A stretch of DNA of 64,000 nt, taken from assembly GCA_963779755.1 (NCBI GenBank), contig CAVZZO010000001.1:1312001-1376000 (forward strand). The letters run 5' to 3'. Below, in pieces: positions 9,346 through 19,645 of this stretch. Made by a program: the position numbers and the translations under genes. The notes below the pieces were generated by a model that did no database searches, was not told where the DNA came from, and saw only the letters and a list, made by a program, of their open reading frames with translations. Each line of letters opens with the position of its first letter. The stretch's first letter is position 1. The DNA is from an uncultured Gemmatimonadales bacterium. GTDB taxonomy: Bacteria; Gemmatimonadota; Gemmatimonadetes; Gemmatimonadales; GWC2-71-9.

Positions 9346-10616
9346 GACGTCCCGCCCTGTGCCTCGGCCTGGCCCTCCTCGCCGCTTGCCGCGGCGACGG
9401 CGCCCGGGAGACGGTCACCCTCCGCTTCTGGGGGCTGGGCCGCGAGGGGGAGGTGGTCCAGCAGCTGGTGAACGGTTTCGAGCGGGAGCACCCCGGTATC
9501 TCGGTGGAGGTGCAACAGGTGCCGTGGACGGCCGCGCATGAGAAGCTGCTGACCGCGTTCGTCGGAGAGGCGACCCCCGACCTGGCCCAGTTGGGGAACA
9601 CCTGGGTGCCGGAGTTTGCCGCGCTGCATGCGCTGGAGCCCCTGGGCGGCTACGTGCGCGACTCGCCCGTGGTCGATTCCACCGATTTCTTCCCCGGCAT
9701 CTGGCGCACTAATCTGATCGGCGACACCCTCTTCGGGCTGCCCTGGTATGTGGATACCCGGGTCGTATTCTACCGCCGCGATCTGCTGCGCCGGGCGGGA
9801 TATGACTCCTTCCCGGGAAGCTGGGACGACTGGGTCCGCGCCCTGCGCGCGCTGAAGCGCGAGATCGGTCCCAACCGCTATCCCGTCTACCTGCCCACCA
9901 ACGAGTGGGTGCAGCCGGTCATCTTCGGGCTGCAGGCCGGCTCGCCCATCCTCAAGGACGGCGGCCGCTACGGCGCGTTCGAGGATCCCGCCTTTCGACG
10001 CGCCTTCGAGTTCTACCTTTCGCTCTATCGCGACAGCCTGGCGCCGGTGAAGGGGCTCAACGATATCGCCAATCCCTACCAGGAGTTCACCCGCGGCTAC
10101 TTCACCATGTGGATCACCGGCCCCTGGAACCTGGGCGAGTTCGCCCGCCGGCTTCCCGACTCGATGCAGTCCAGCTGGGGCACGGCGCCCATGCCGGGCC
10201 CGACCGGCCCGGCCAGCGGCCTGTCGCTGGCCGGGGGCTCCAGCCTGGTCATGTTCCGCGCCAGCCGGCACAAGGCGCTGGCCTGGCAACTGATGGAGTA
10301 TCTCTCCAGCCTGGAGAGCCAGCGCCGGTTCTTTGCGCTGACGGGCGATCTGCCCGCCCGCGAGGATGCCTGGACCGATTCCCTCCGCACCGACCGGGTG
10401 ACCCGTGCCTTCTGGACCCAGCTGCACCGGGTGGAGCCGACGCCCAAGGTGCCGGAATGGGAGGAGATCGCCACCAAGGTGTACGACTACGCCGAGCAGT
10501 CCATCCGCGGGGGCGTGCCGGCCGACACCGCGTTGCGGCGGCTGGACCGGGATGTGAATCAGATCCTGGAGAAGCGCCGCTGGCTGCTGAGCCACACGGC
10601 GGAGGGCGGGCAGTGA
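9342..10616 (+). CDS. Sugar ABC transporter substrate-binding lipoprotein
   Basis: LAAC lipobox; PWYVDTR; GPWN; GTGA overlap with upstream gene. Confidence 0.92.
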   Translation: MRRPALCLGLALLAACRGDGARETVTLRFWGLGREGEVVQQLVNGFEREHPGISVEVQQVPWTAAHEKLLTAFVGEATPDLAQLGNTWVPEFAALHALEPLGGYVRDSPVVDSTDFFPGIWRTNLIGDTLFGLPWYVDTRVVFYRRDLLRRAGYDSFPGSWDDWVRALRALKREIGPNRYPVYLPTNEWVQPVIFGLQAGSPILKDGGRYGAFEDPAFRRAFEFYLSLYRDSLAPVKGLNDIANPYQEFTRGYFTMWITGPWNLGEFARRLPDSMQSSWGTAPMPGPTGPASGLSLAGGSSLVMFRASRHKALAWQLMEYLSSLESQRRFFALTGDLPAREDAWTDSLRTDRVTRAFWTQLHRVEPTPKVPEWEEIATKVYDYAEQSIRGGVPADTALRRLDRDVNQILEKRRWLLSHTAEGGQ

Positions 10617-11515
10617 AGCGGTTCCGGCTGCGGGGCCTGGAGCGGCGCGAGAGCCGGGCAGGCTGGGCCTTCGTGCTGCCCGCGCTGGTGTTGATCGGGG
10701 TCTTCTTTGTCCTGCCGGTGCTGGCCGCCCTGCTGCTCAGCTTCACCGACTTCGACATCTATGCCATCGGGCATTTCGCCAACGCCCGGTTCATCGGCCT
10801 GCGCAACTACGCCGAGCTGCTGCACAATCCCATCTTCTGGAAGGCGCTGCGGAACACCTTCTACTTTGCGCTGGTAGGCGGGCCGCTCACGGTGGCGGTC
10901 TCCCTGGGCGCCGCGCTGCTGGTGAACGCCCCGCTCACCCGGGCCCGCGGCCTCTTCCGCACCGTCTACTTCACGCCGTTCGTCACCACGCTGGTGGCGG
11001 TGGCCATCGTCTGGCGCTACCTCTATCACCCGCAGTACGGGCTGCTGAACCACGCGCTCGGCTGGTTCGGCATCGCCCCCGTGGACTGGCTGGGGAACCC
11101 GCACACCGCCATGCCCGCCATCATCCTGATGGCCACCTGGAAGAACTTCGGCTACAACATGCTGATCTTCATCGCCGGCCTGCAGGCGATTCCGGCGCAG
11201 CTCTACGAGGCGGCCTGGCTGGACGGCGCCGGCGCGGTGCGCCGCTTCCGCCATGTGACGCTGCCCATGCTGGGGCCCACGCTGCTGTTCGTCGCCGTCA
11301 TCACCATGATCGGCTACTTCCAGGTCTTCACCGAGCCCTACGTGATGACCCAGGGCGGCCCGCTCAAGGCCACCGAAACGGTGGTGCTCTTCATGTACGA
11401 GCAGGGGTTCCGCTGGTGGCGGATGGGCGTGGCGGCGGCCATCGCCTTTGCGCTCTTTCTGGTCATCATGGTGGGCACGCTGATCCAGCTGCGGCTCCAG
11501 CGGGTCAAGGTCTGA
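10613..11515 (+). CDS. Sugar ABC transporter permease
   Basis: GTG at 10613, in frame with ORF 9905-11515; EAA loop LYEAAWLDGA. Confidence 0.92.
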   Translation: MKRFRLRGLERRESRAGWAFVLPALVLIGVFFVLPVLAALLLSFTDFDIYAIGHFANARFIGLRNYAELLHNPIFWKALRNTFYFALVGGPLTVAVSLGAALLVNAPLTRARGLFRTVYFTPFVTTLVAVAIVWRYLYHPQYGLLNHALGWFGIAPVDWLGNPHTAMPAIILMATWKNFGYNMLIFIAGLQAIPAQLYEAAWLDGAGAVRRFRHVTLPMLGPTLLFVAVITMIGYFQVFTEPYVMTQGGPLKATETVVLFMYEQGFRWWRMGVAAAIAFALFLVIMVGTLIQLRLQRVKV

Positions 11516-11516
11516 C

Positions 11517-12338
11517 GTGCGCCGGCCCTTCGCCTCCGTTGCCCTGTACGGCGCGCTCATCGCCGCCGCGGTGCTGGCCCTGCTGCCCATGGTGTGGATG
11601 GTGTCGGCCTCCGTGATGCCCACCGGCATGGCCAACTCGGCGCCCCCGCATCTCTTCCCGCCGTCGGTCACCTTCGAGCATTACAAGGTGCTCTTCCAGC
11701 GGCTCAACCTGGGGCGGTTCCTGCTCAACAGCACGATCATCGCCGGCACCGTGACGGCCATATCGCTGGCGATCAATTCCATGGCCGGCTATGCCTTCGC
11801 CAAGCTGCGCTTCCGGGGCCGCGAGCGGACCTTCCGGCTGCTCCTCACCGGGCTGGTCGTGCCGGTACAGGTGGCCATGCTGCCGCTCTTCCTGCTGCTC
11901 AAGGAACTGCACTTCATCAATACCTACTGGGGCGTCATCGTGCCCGGGCTCGCCAGCATCTTCGGCATCTTCCTGGTGCGGCAGTACGCGTTGAGCATCC
12001 CCGACGACCTGCTGGACGCGGCCCGGGTGGACGGCGCGGGCGAGTTCCGGATCTACTGGTCCATCGTGACCCCCACCATCACCCCGATCCTCGCCACGCT
12101 CGCCATCTGGACCTTTCTGAACACCTGGAACGACTTCCTCTGGCCGCTCATCGTGCTGAGCGATCAGGCCCACTGGACCCTCCCGGTGGCGATCGCCAAC
12201 CTGGTGGGCGAGCACGTGCAGGACACCGAGCTGATGATGGCCGGGGCGGTGGTGACGGTCCTGCCGGTGATGGGCGTCTTCCTGGTGCTGCAGCGCTATT
12301 ACGTCGAAGGCATCATGCTGGGGAGCGTCAAGGAATGA
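11517..12338 (+). CDS. Sugar ABC transporter permease
   Basis: AGYAFAKLRF; LLDAARVDGA; WNDFLWPL. Confidence 0.93.
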   Translation: MRRPFASVALYGALIAAAVLALLPMVWMVSASVMPTGMANSAPPHLFPPSVTFEHYKVLFQRLNLGRFLLNSTIIAGTVTAISLAINSMAGYAFAKLRFRGRERTFRLLLTGLVVPVQVAMLPLFLLLKELHFINTYWGVIVPGLASIFGIFLVRQYALSIPDDLLDAARVDGAGEFRIYWSIVTPTITPILATLAIWTFLNTWNDFLWPLIVLSDQAHWTLPVAIANLVGEHVQDTELMMAGAVVTVLPVMGVFLVLQRYYVEGIMLGSVKE

Positions 12339-15300
12339 CCCGGCTGGGCGGCTGCCTGGCGCTCCTGGCGGTGCTGTGCGCCGGCCGGGCCGCGGCCCAG
12401 GAGCCGGCCGGGCCGCCGGTCCGGCTCGACGGCTTCAACCGGCCCGACGGCTGGCAGGCCGCGCCGTCCGAGGGCGTCGCGCTCTCGCTCCATCCCGACA
12501 CCGGCCGGGGAGGCCGGGTGCTGCGGCTGGATTTCGACTTTCAGGGCCACGCCGGCTACGCCGCCATCCACAAGACGTTCGACCGCGAGCTCCCGCCGAA
12601 CTACGCCTTCAGTTTCTGGATCCGGGCCGATGCCCCGGTCAATAATCTCGAGTTCAAGCTGATCGATTCCACCGGCGACAACGTGTGGTGGCGCAACCAG
12701 CGCAATTTCGCCTTTCCCCGGACCTGGACACAGGTGGTCATACCGCTCCGGCGTATCGGCTTCGCCTGGGGGCCGCGGGGCGGCGGCACGCTGCGCCACC
12801 TGGCGGCGCTCGAGATCGTCGTCACCGCCGGCACCGGCGGACGCGGCTCCGTCTGGCTGGACGATCTCACGCTGGAGCCGCGCCGGCCCGACCGGCCCTA
12901 TGACCTCACCCCCACCGTGACCGCCTCCCATTCCGCGCCCGGCCATGCTCCCGACCTGGTGCTGGACGGCGATTCCACCACCGCCTGGCGCTCGGGGACG
13001 GCGGCCCGGGCGGAGACGCTCACCGTGGACTTCCTGCGCCGCCGGACCTACGGCGCCCTGGTCCTGGACTGGGAGCCCGGCCGCGCGGCCGGCGCATACC
13101 AGGTGGATGCTTCGGCCGATGGCAGTCAGTGGCAAGAACTCCGGGCGGTGCAGGGCGGCAACGGCGGGCGGGACTACCTCTACCTGCCCGAATCCGAGTC
13201 GCGCTATCTCCGGCTGGTGCTGCGGCAGGGTAGCGGAGCCGGCTACGGCCTGCGCACCCTGGCGGTGAAGCCGCTGGACTGGGCCGGCGACCTCAATGCC
13301 TTCTTCGCCCGGGTGGCGCAGGAAGAGCCGCGCGGACTCTATCCCCGCTATCTCACGGGCGAGCAATCGTACTGGACCATGATCGGCGTGAGCGGCGACG
13401 GCCATCGTCCGCTGCTGAGCGAAGACGGGGCCATCGAGCCCGTGGCCGGCGGTTTCTCGGTGGAGCCCATGCTGTACACCGGCGGGCGCCTGCTCACCTG
13501 GGCGGCCGCGAGCGCCAGCCGGTCGCTGCAGGACGGCTACCTGCCCATTCCCAGCGTGCGCTGGGCGGTGGACAGCCTCCAGCTTACCGTCACGGCCTTT
13601 GCGGCCGGCACGCCGGGCGCGTCCAGCGCCTACGCGCGCTACCGGGTGGAGAACAACTCCGGCCGCGAGCAACGGGTAACCCTCGACCTGGCGGTGCGGC
13701 CCTTCCAGGTGAACCCGCCCTGGCAGTTCCTGGGCACGCCGGGCGGCGCCTCCCGGATCGACAGCCTGCGGTGGACCGGCCATGAGCTGCTGGTGAACGG
13801 AACGCCGGGCGTGGTGCCGGTGACCGCGCCGGCGGAAGCGGGAGCCGCCAGCTTCGACGCCGGCGGCATCGTCGCGGCGCTGCGCGGCGGGCATCTCCCC
13901 TCCGGGAACTCGGTGCACGATGCCTTCGGCTCTGCGTCCGCCGCGCTGGCCTGGCCGCTCCGGCTGCCGCCGGGCGGTAGTGGCGAGGTGGTGGTGCGCT
14001 TCCCCCTGGGCACATCGCAGCCCGGTCCGGTCGTGCGCGATACGGCCGCGGTCCGCCGGCTCCAGGACAGCGTCGCGGCCGGCTGGCGTGAGGCGTTGAA
14101 CCGGGTCCGGTTCACGCTGCCCGATTCGCTGGGGGAACTGGCCGACCAGATCCGCAGCAACCTCGCGTACATGCTGATCAACCGGGACGGTCCGGCCATC
14201 GAGCCCGGCTCGCGCTCCTACCGCCGCTCCTGGATCCGCGACGGGGCCATGATCGGCGACGCGCTCTTGCGGCTGGGGCATCCGGCCGCGGTGCGAGAGT
14301 TTCTCGCCTGGTTTGCGCCCTATCAGTTCGCCAGCGGGAAGATCCCCTGCTGTGTGGATACCCGCGGGGCCGATCCGGTGCCGGAAAACGACAGCGAGGG
14401 CGAGTTCATCTACCTGGTGCGGGACTATCTCGCCGCGACGGGCGACACCGGCTTCGTGGCCGGGCTCTGGCCCCACGTCCGGCGCGCGTCCCGCTACCTC
14501 GATTCGCTGCGACAGTCGCGCATGACCGCGCCCTACCGGACTTCCGACAGTCTCGCGTTCTTCGGCCTGCTGCCGCCGTCCATCAGCCATGAAGGCTATT
14601 CGGACAAGCCGGCCTATTCCTACTGGGACGACTTCTTCGGATTGCGTGGATTCGAGGATGCCGCCGCGCTGGCCGCCAGCCTGGGGCATGCCGCCCTGCA
14701 CGATAGCCTGGCGGCTATCCGCCGGGCCTTCGCCGGCGATCTGCATCGCTCCATCCGGCGCAGCATGGCGATGCATCGCATTCCCTATGTCCCGGGCAGT
14801 GCCGACCGGGGCGACTTCGATCCCACCTCGACCAGCGTGGGGATCGCCACCGCGGACGCCCTCGGCCTGCTCCCTCCGGACGGGGTGGACAGCACTTATC
14901 AGCGCTACTGGCGCGAGGTGCAGACCCGCGCCGGCGGTGACTCCGCCTGGGGGGCCTATACGCCGTACGAACTGCGCAACGTGGCCGCCTTCCTGCGGCT
15001 GGGCTGGCGGCGGCGCGCCCTCGATCTGCTGGCCATCCTGGAGGCCGGGCGCCGGCCCGCCGCGTGGAACCAGTGGCCCGAAGTGGTCTGGCAGGATTCC
15101 ACGGCCCCGAAATTCATCGGCGACCTGCCGCATACCTGGGTCGGGTCGGACTTCGTGCGCGCGGCACTCGACCTCTTTGCCTACGAGCGCGACAGCACCA
15201 TCGTCGCGGGGCAGGGGATTCCAGCGGACTGGCTGGGCGCGGCCGGCGGGGTTGCGATCCACCACCTGCGGATCGGGCGCGGGGAGCTGTCGTGGAGCAT

Positions 15301-15514
15301 GAGGAGGGATCAGGAGTCAGCAGGTAGGAATGGCGGGGGCGGGACGGTTGTCATCCAGCTGTCCGGGACGGCCCCGATTCCCGATGGCGGTGTTCTGGTC
15401 TACGCGCCGATTGGGTTTGCCGCCGGTTCGGTGGAGGTCGATGGGAAGAGCGCCGCCCTGGAAGGAGATGCCGTGCGGGTGCGGCGGCTGCCGGCGCGGG
15501 TGGTGTTCCGGAAG
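12335..15514 (+). CDS. Secreted multidomain protein: CBM-like, discoidin (F5/8) and (alpha/alpha)6 glycoside hydrolase-like domains; no stop at the expected end (end approximate)
   Basis: ATGA overlap at 12335; signal peptide; DGDSTTAWRS discoidin motif; YRRSWIRDG; YSYWDDFF; protein-like sequence ends at ~RVVFR (15511), then the frame reads through a repeat to 17071. Confidence 0.8.
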
Positions 15515-15677
15515 AAGGACGGGAGGAGGACGGAAGGAGGACGGGAGAAGGACGGAAAAGAGGACGGGAGCAGGGCGGACGAAGGACGGGTTCTCCCGTC
15601 TTCTTCCCGTCTTCTTCCCGTCTTCTTCCCGTCCTCTTCCCGTCCTCTTCCCGTCCTCTTCCCGTCCTCTTCCTGTC
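15512..15677. repeat. Inverted 11-mer tandem repeat (GGACGGGAAGA-like)n ... (TCCCGTC(C/T)TCT)n
   Basis: Purine-rich arm 15512-15590 and pyrimidine-rich complementary arm 15592-15677, between convergent genes. Confidence 0.85.
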
Positions 15678-15682
15678 AGGCC

Positions 15683-17041
15683 TTACCGTGTCTGGTCCAG
15701 GTTTGCCCCATTGCTGCGGATGACTTCGCTGTAGAAGCGGGCGCTGGCCTTGGGGGTACGCTGCTGGGTGGCAAAGTCCACGTGCACCAGCCCGAAACGC
15801 TTGGAGTAGCCTTGGCTCCATTCGTAGTTGTCGAGCAGCGACCAGGCGAAATACCCCCGGAGATCCACGCCCTGCCGCAGTGCCGCCAGGGCCGCGCGGA
15901 GGTGATCATGGTAATACTGCACCCGCAACGGATCGGTCACGCTGCCGTCCCGGGCTTCCGGCGGATCGTAGAACGCGGCGCCGTTCTCGGTGATGTAGAG
16001 CGGCAGCTTGCCGTAGCGGTCCTGTGCCCAGAGCAGCACCCGGGTGAGAGCCTCGGGGTAGACCTCCCAGCCGGTATCGGTGTAGATGTGCCGCGCCTGC
16101 CGCACCGCGGCAGCGCGGACCGGCCAGGCTCCGGGCTCGTTCCGCACCACGCTGCGGGTGTAGTAGTTGATCCCGAGGAAATCGACCGGCTGCCGGATGA
16201 GCTCGAGGTCTGCTTCGGGGAAGTCCGGCCAGGCGTCGCCGAAGATCTCGCGCATCTCCGCCGGATACGACCCGAGCAGCACCGGATCGAGGTACTGCCG
16301 GTTCATGTAGGCGTCGGCCCGCTGGGTGGCCGCGAGGTCTTCCGGCGCCTGCGATGCCGGGTACTTCGGTTCGAGGTTTACCACCAGGCCGATCTGGTGC
16401 CGGCCTGCGGCGCGGTAGGCCTGCACCGCGGTGCCGTGGGCGCGGAGCAGGTTGTGCGCCGCCAGCGGGGCCTCGTACCGGTTGGTGTGGCCCGGGGCGA
16501 GTACCCCGTGCAGATAGCCGCCATCGGTCACCACCCACGGCTCGTTGAGCGTGGCCCAGAGCTTCACCCGGTCGTCCAGCGCCCGGACAACATGGGTGGT
16601 ATAGTCCGCGAACCAGCCGGCAATGTCGCGGTTGAGCCAGCCGCCCCGGTCGTCCAGCGCGGCGGGGAGGTCCCAGTGGTACAGCGTGACCATCGGCTGG
16701 ATGCCGTGCTGCAGCAGCCGGTCCACCAGCCGGTCGTAGAAGGCCAGGCCTGCCGCATTGGGCGCCCCCCGGCCGGCCGGGAAGAGCCGGCTCCAGGAAA
16801 TGCTGAAGCGATAGGCGTTGAGGCCCAGCTGCGCCATCAGCGCGACATCGCCCTCGGCCAGACGGTAGTGATCGCAGGCCACGTCGCCCGTCTCGCCGTT
16901 GGCCGTCCGGCCCGGCGTATGGGCAAAACGGTGCCAGATACTGGGGCCGGCCCCGTCGGCCAGAGGCGAGCCTTCAATCTGATAGGCGGAGGTCGCGGCG
17001 CCCCAGAGAAACCCGGAGGGAACGTGCGTCGATTCGCTCAT
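15683..17041 (-). CDS. GH1 beta-glucosidase
   Basis: FLWGAATSAYQIEG; catalytic TLNEP and YITENG; WSLLDNYEW. Confidence 0.96.
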   Translation of the reverse strand: MSESTHVPSGFLWGAATSAYQIEGSPLADGAGPSIWHRFAHTPGRTANGETGDVACDHYRLAEGDVALMAQLGLNAYRFSISWSRLFPAGRGAPNAAGLAFYDRLVDRLLQHGIQPMVTLYHWDLPAALDDRGGWLNRDIAGWFADYTTHVVRALDDRVKLWATLNEPWVVTDGGYLHGVLAPGHTNRYEAPLAAHNLLRAHGTAVQAYRAAGRHQIGLVVNLEPKYPASQAPEDLAATQRADAYMNRQYLDPVLLGSYPAEMREIFGDAWPDFPEADLELIRQPVDFLGINYYTRSVVRNEPGAWPVRAAAVRQARHIYTDTGWEVYPEALTRVLLWAQDRYGKLPLYITENGAAFYDPPEARDGSVTDPLRVQYYHDHLRAALAALRQGVDLRGYFAWSLLDNYEWSQGYSKRFGLVHVDFATQQRTPKASARFYSEVIRSNGANLDQTR

Positions 17042-17058
17042 GCCGGTACGGAGATCCC

Positions 17059-18171
17059 ATGGCGAGCGTGAAACTGGAGCAGGTCCGGAAGGCCTACGAG
17101 GCGGGCGGCCGCGAGCGCGTGGCGGTGCATGGGCTCGATCTGGAGGTCGCCGACGGGGAATTCTGCGTCCTGGTGGGGCCGTCCGGCTGCGGCAAGAGCA
17201 CCACGCTGCGCCTGGTGGCCGGTCTGGAGGTGCCGACGGCGGGCCGGGTGTTCATCGGGCCGCGAGAAGTCAGCGACCTGCCGCCCAAGGAGCGGGATAT
17301 CGCCCTGGTATTCCAGAATTATGCCCTGTATCCCCACATGACCGCCTTCGAAAACATGGCGTTTGCGCTGCGGTTGCGCGGCATGCCGCGTCCCGAGATC
17401 GCCCAGCGCGTGCACCAGGCGGCGGCCATGCTGGGTCTGGAGGAGTTGCTGGAACGCCGCCCCCGGCAACTCTCGGGCGGCGAGCGCCAGCGGGTGGCGC
17501 TGGGCCGCGCGATCGTACGGCAGCCGCAGGTGTTCCTCTTCGACGAGCCGCTCTCGAACCTCGATGCCAAGCTCCGCCTGCAGATGCGGCGGGAGATCGC
17601 GGCGCTGCACCGGCGCCTGGGCGCCACCATGATCTACGTGACGCACGACCAGGTCGAGGCCATGACGCTGGGCGACCGCATCGTGGTGCTCAACCAGGGG
17701 CGGGTACAGCAGATCGCCTCGCCCATGGAACTGTACCGCCGGCCGCAGAACGTCTTCGTGGCCGGCTTCATCGGCAGCCCGGCGATGAATCTAGCCGAGG
17801 GAGTAATCACACGCGAGGATCCGCCGCGCGTCCTGCTGGGTGAGGGCGGCCCCGTTCTCGAGCCGGCCGCCGCCTGGCGCGCCGCCCTCGCCTCCCGCGC
17901 GGGTCGCTCCATCATGGTGGGCATCCGGCCCGAGAGCCTGCGGCTGGCGGGCGAGGGCGAACCGGGGTTGCCCGGGGAAGTCGAGCTGGCCGAGCCGCTG
18001 GGTAACGAAACGCTGCTGCACGTGCGGGCGGGCGAGCGCACCTGGACCGCCCGGCTCGCTCCCGGCGCCGGCTTGCGCACCGGCGACCCCGTCCGGCTCA
18101 CCTGGGACCCGGGAGAGCTGCACTTCTTCGATGCTCAGAGCGGGGCGAGGGTGGTGGGAAGCGAGGACTGA
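17059..18171 (+). CDS. Sugar ABC transporter ATP-binding protein (MalK/MsmK-like)
   Basis: [40 protein letters not shown]. Confidence 0.95.
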   Translation: MASVKLEQVRKAYEAGGRERVAVHGLDLEVADGEFCVLVGPSGCGKSTTLRLVAGLEVPTAGRVFIGPREVSDLPPKERDIALVFQNYALYPHMTAFENMAFALRLRGMPRPEIAQRVHQAAAMLGLEELLERRPRQLSGGERQRVALGRAIVRQPQVFLFDEPLSNLDAKLRLQMRREIAALHRRLGATMIYVTHDQVEAMTLGDRIVVLNQGRVQQIASPMELYRRPQNVFVAGFIGSPAMNLAEGVITREDPPRVLLGEGGPVLEPAAAWRAALASRAGRSIMVGIRPESLRLAGEGEPGLPGEVELAEPLGNETLLHVRAGERTWTARLAPGAGLRTGDPVRLTWDPGELHFFDAQSGARVVGSED

Positions 18172-18410
18172 GAACGGAGATCGGGAAAGCCGGCGGGCCA
18201 CCCTGCCGCGCTCAGGGCAGTCCCATCTGCCCTCCCATCGCGCGGGAGCGCGGGGTTTCCCGCAGCTCCCGGAACTGCCGATCCACTCTGAGAGACGCCA
18301 TCCGATGCGAGCGCGACATCAGCGCCGGGGCCCGCCCGTGAGCCGCCTCACGACCTTCCCGGCCCGGGAGCGGTACTATTGCCCATGCCGCCCGGGTCGG
18401 GATCGAGACG

Positions 18411-19364
18411 ATGAAGCTGAAACCAGGCGCAGGACTGGGATGGGTCGCGCTGCTGGCCGCCTGCGGCGGTGGGGCTGCCCCGCTGCCACCCCCAGGCACC
18501 CCGCCGGAGTTGCTGGCGCTCCAGAACGCCGCTGTGCTCCTCACCGTGGGTGACATTGCCAGGTGCGACGCATCAGGCGACGAGCGTACCGCCGCCCTCG
18601 CCGACAGCCTGCTGCGTGCCGACAGCGCCGCCGGGGTTCCCGCCACCCTCGTCACGGTGGGCGACAACGCCTACCCGGCCGGGAGCTATCAGGACTTCAC
18701 CCGCTGCTTCGCCCCATCCTGGGGCAGCTATCCCCTGATCCTCGGCGCGATTCACCCCGCGCCCGGCAACCACGAGTACGGAGCCAATCCCGAGGCGAAC
18801 GGTTACTTCCGCTACTTCGGCGACCGGGCCGGCGACCCGGACAAAGGATACTACAGTTTCGATTTCCAGGGCTGGCACATCGTGGTGCTGAATACCCAGA
18901 TCGTGGTAGGCTCGGAGTTCTCCCAGAAGGAGCGCCAGGCGCAGGAGTCCTGGCTGGAGGGGGACCTGCAGGGCCACGCGGCGAAATGCACCATCGCGGT
19001 GGGGCACCATCCGCGTTTCACGTCGGGCCCCCACGGTAGCGATCGCCGCCTGGAACCGTTGTGGGCCATCATGCAGCGCGAGCACGTGGATATCGTGGTA
19101 AGCGGACACGATCACCACTACGAGCGGTTCGCTCCCCAGACCCCCACCGGCGAGGCGGATTCGACCGGGATCGTCGAATTCGTGGCCGGAACCGGCGGCG
19201 GCAACCTGCGCGCAGTCCGCGCCCGCCCCGCGCCCAATAGCATCTGGCGGCTTCAGGGCCGTTACGGGCTGCTCAAGCTCACCCTGGGGCAGGGGCGCTA
19301 TCAGTGGGAGTTTCTCGACACGGCCGGCCGGACGCTGGATGCGGGCGAGGCGACATGCCATTAG
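18411..19364 (+). CDS. Calcineurin-like metallophosphoesterase, lipoprotein
   Basis: LAAC lipobox; GDIA, GDNAY, PGNHEY, HHP and SGHDHHYER motifs. Confidence 0.88.
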   Translation: MKLKPGAGLGWVALLAACGGGAAPLPPPGTPPELLALQNAAVLLTVGDIARCDASGDERTAALADSLLRADSAAGVPATLVTVGDNAYPAGSYQDFTRCFAPSWGSYPLILGAIHPAPGNHEYGANPEANGYFRYFGDRAGDPDKGYYSFDFQGWHIVVLNTQIVVGSEFSQKERQAQESWLEGDLQGHAAKCTIAVGHHPRFTSGPHGSDRRLEPLWAIMQREHVDIVVSGHDHHYERFAPQTPTGEADSTGIVEFVAGTGGGNLRAVRARPAPNSIWRLQGRYGLLKLTLGQGRYQWEFLDTAGRTLDAGEATCH

Positions 19365-19379
19365 TCCGGGAGCGACGGG

Positions 19380-19586
19380 TCACTCCAGCGAAAGCTCACG
19401 CTCCACTTCCAGGAAGGTGTCCAGCCCGTCCACATCCAGGCGGGCGCGAGCCCGCACCCGGCCGCCCTTCGGGAGGGTGCCGTCGCGCTGGGCGCTGCGG
19501 ACCGACTTCTCGATCTCCCGCTGGGCCGAGACGCCGAACTCCTTCAGAAACTTGCGGATCTCCAGGTTCAGTACGTCCTCGTTCAT
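19380..19586 (-). CDS. Small conserved protein (DUF6494-like)
   Basis: MNEDVLNLEIRKFLKEFGVSAQREIEK; GAGG RBS before ATG 19586. Confidence 0.75.
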   Translation of the reverse strand: MNEDVLNLEIRKFLKEFGVSAQREIEKSVRSAQRDGTLPKGGRVRARARLDVDGLDTFLEVERELSLE

Positions 19587-19645
19587 CGTGACCTCGCGGC
19601 TGTTCCTCGTTGCTGGTTCCCTGTCCTCGATCCCCTGTCCCTTGC

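Noticed and set aside
11594..17071. 1825-aa ORF as a single giant protein
   Set aside because: The first 247 codons are an alternative frame of the permease and the last ~520 are repeat plus GH1 antisense; only ~12335-15511 is protein-like.
18212..18319. 35-aa minus-strand ORF in the ATPase-phosphoesterase gap
   Set aside because: No convincing RBS, motif or paralogue.
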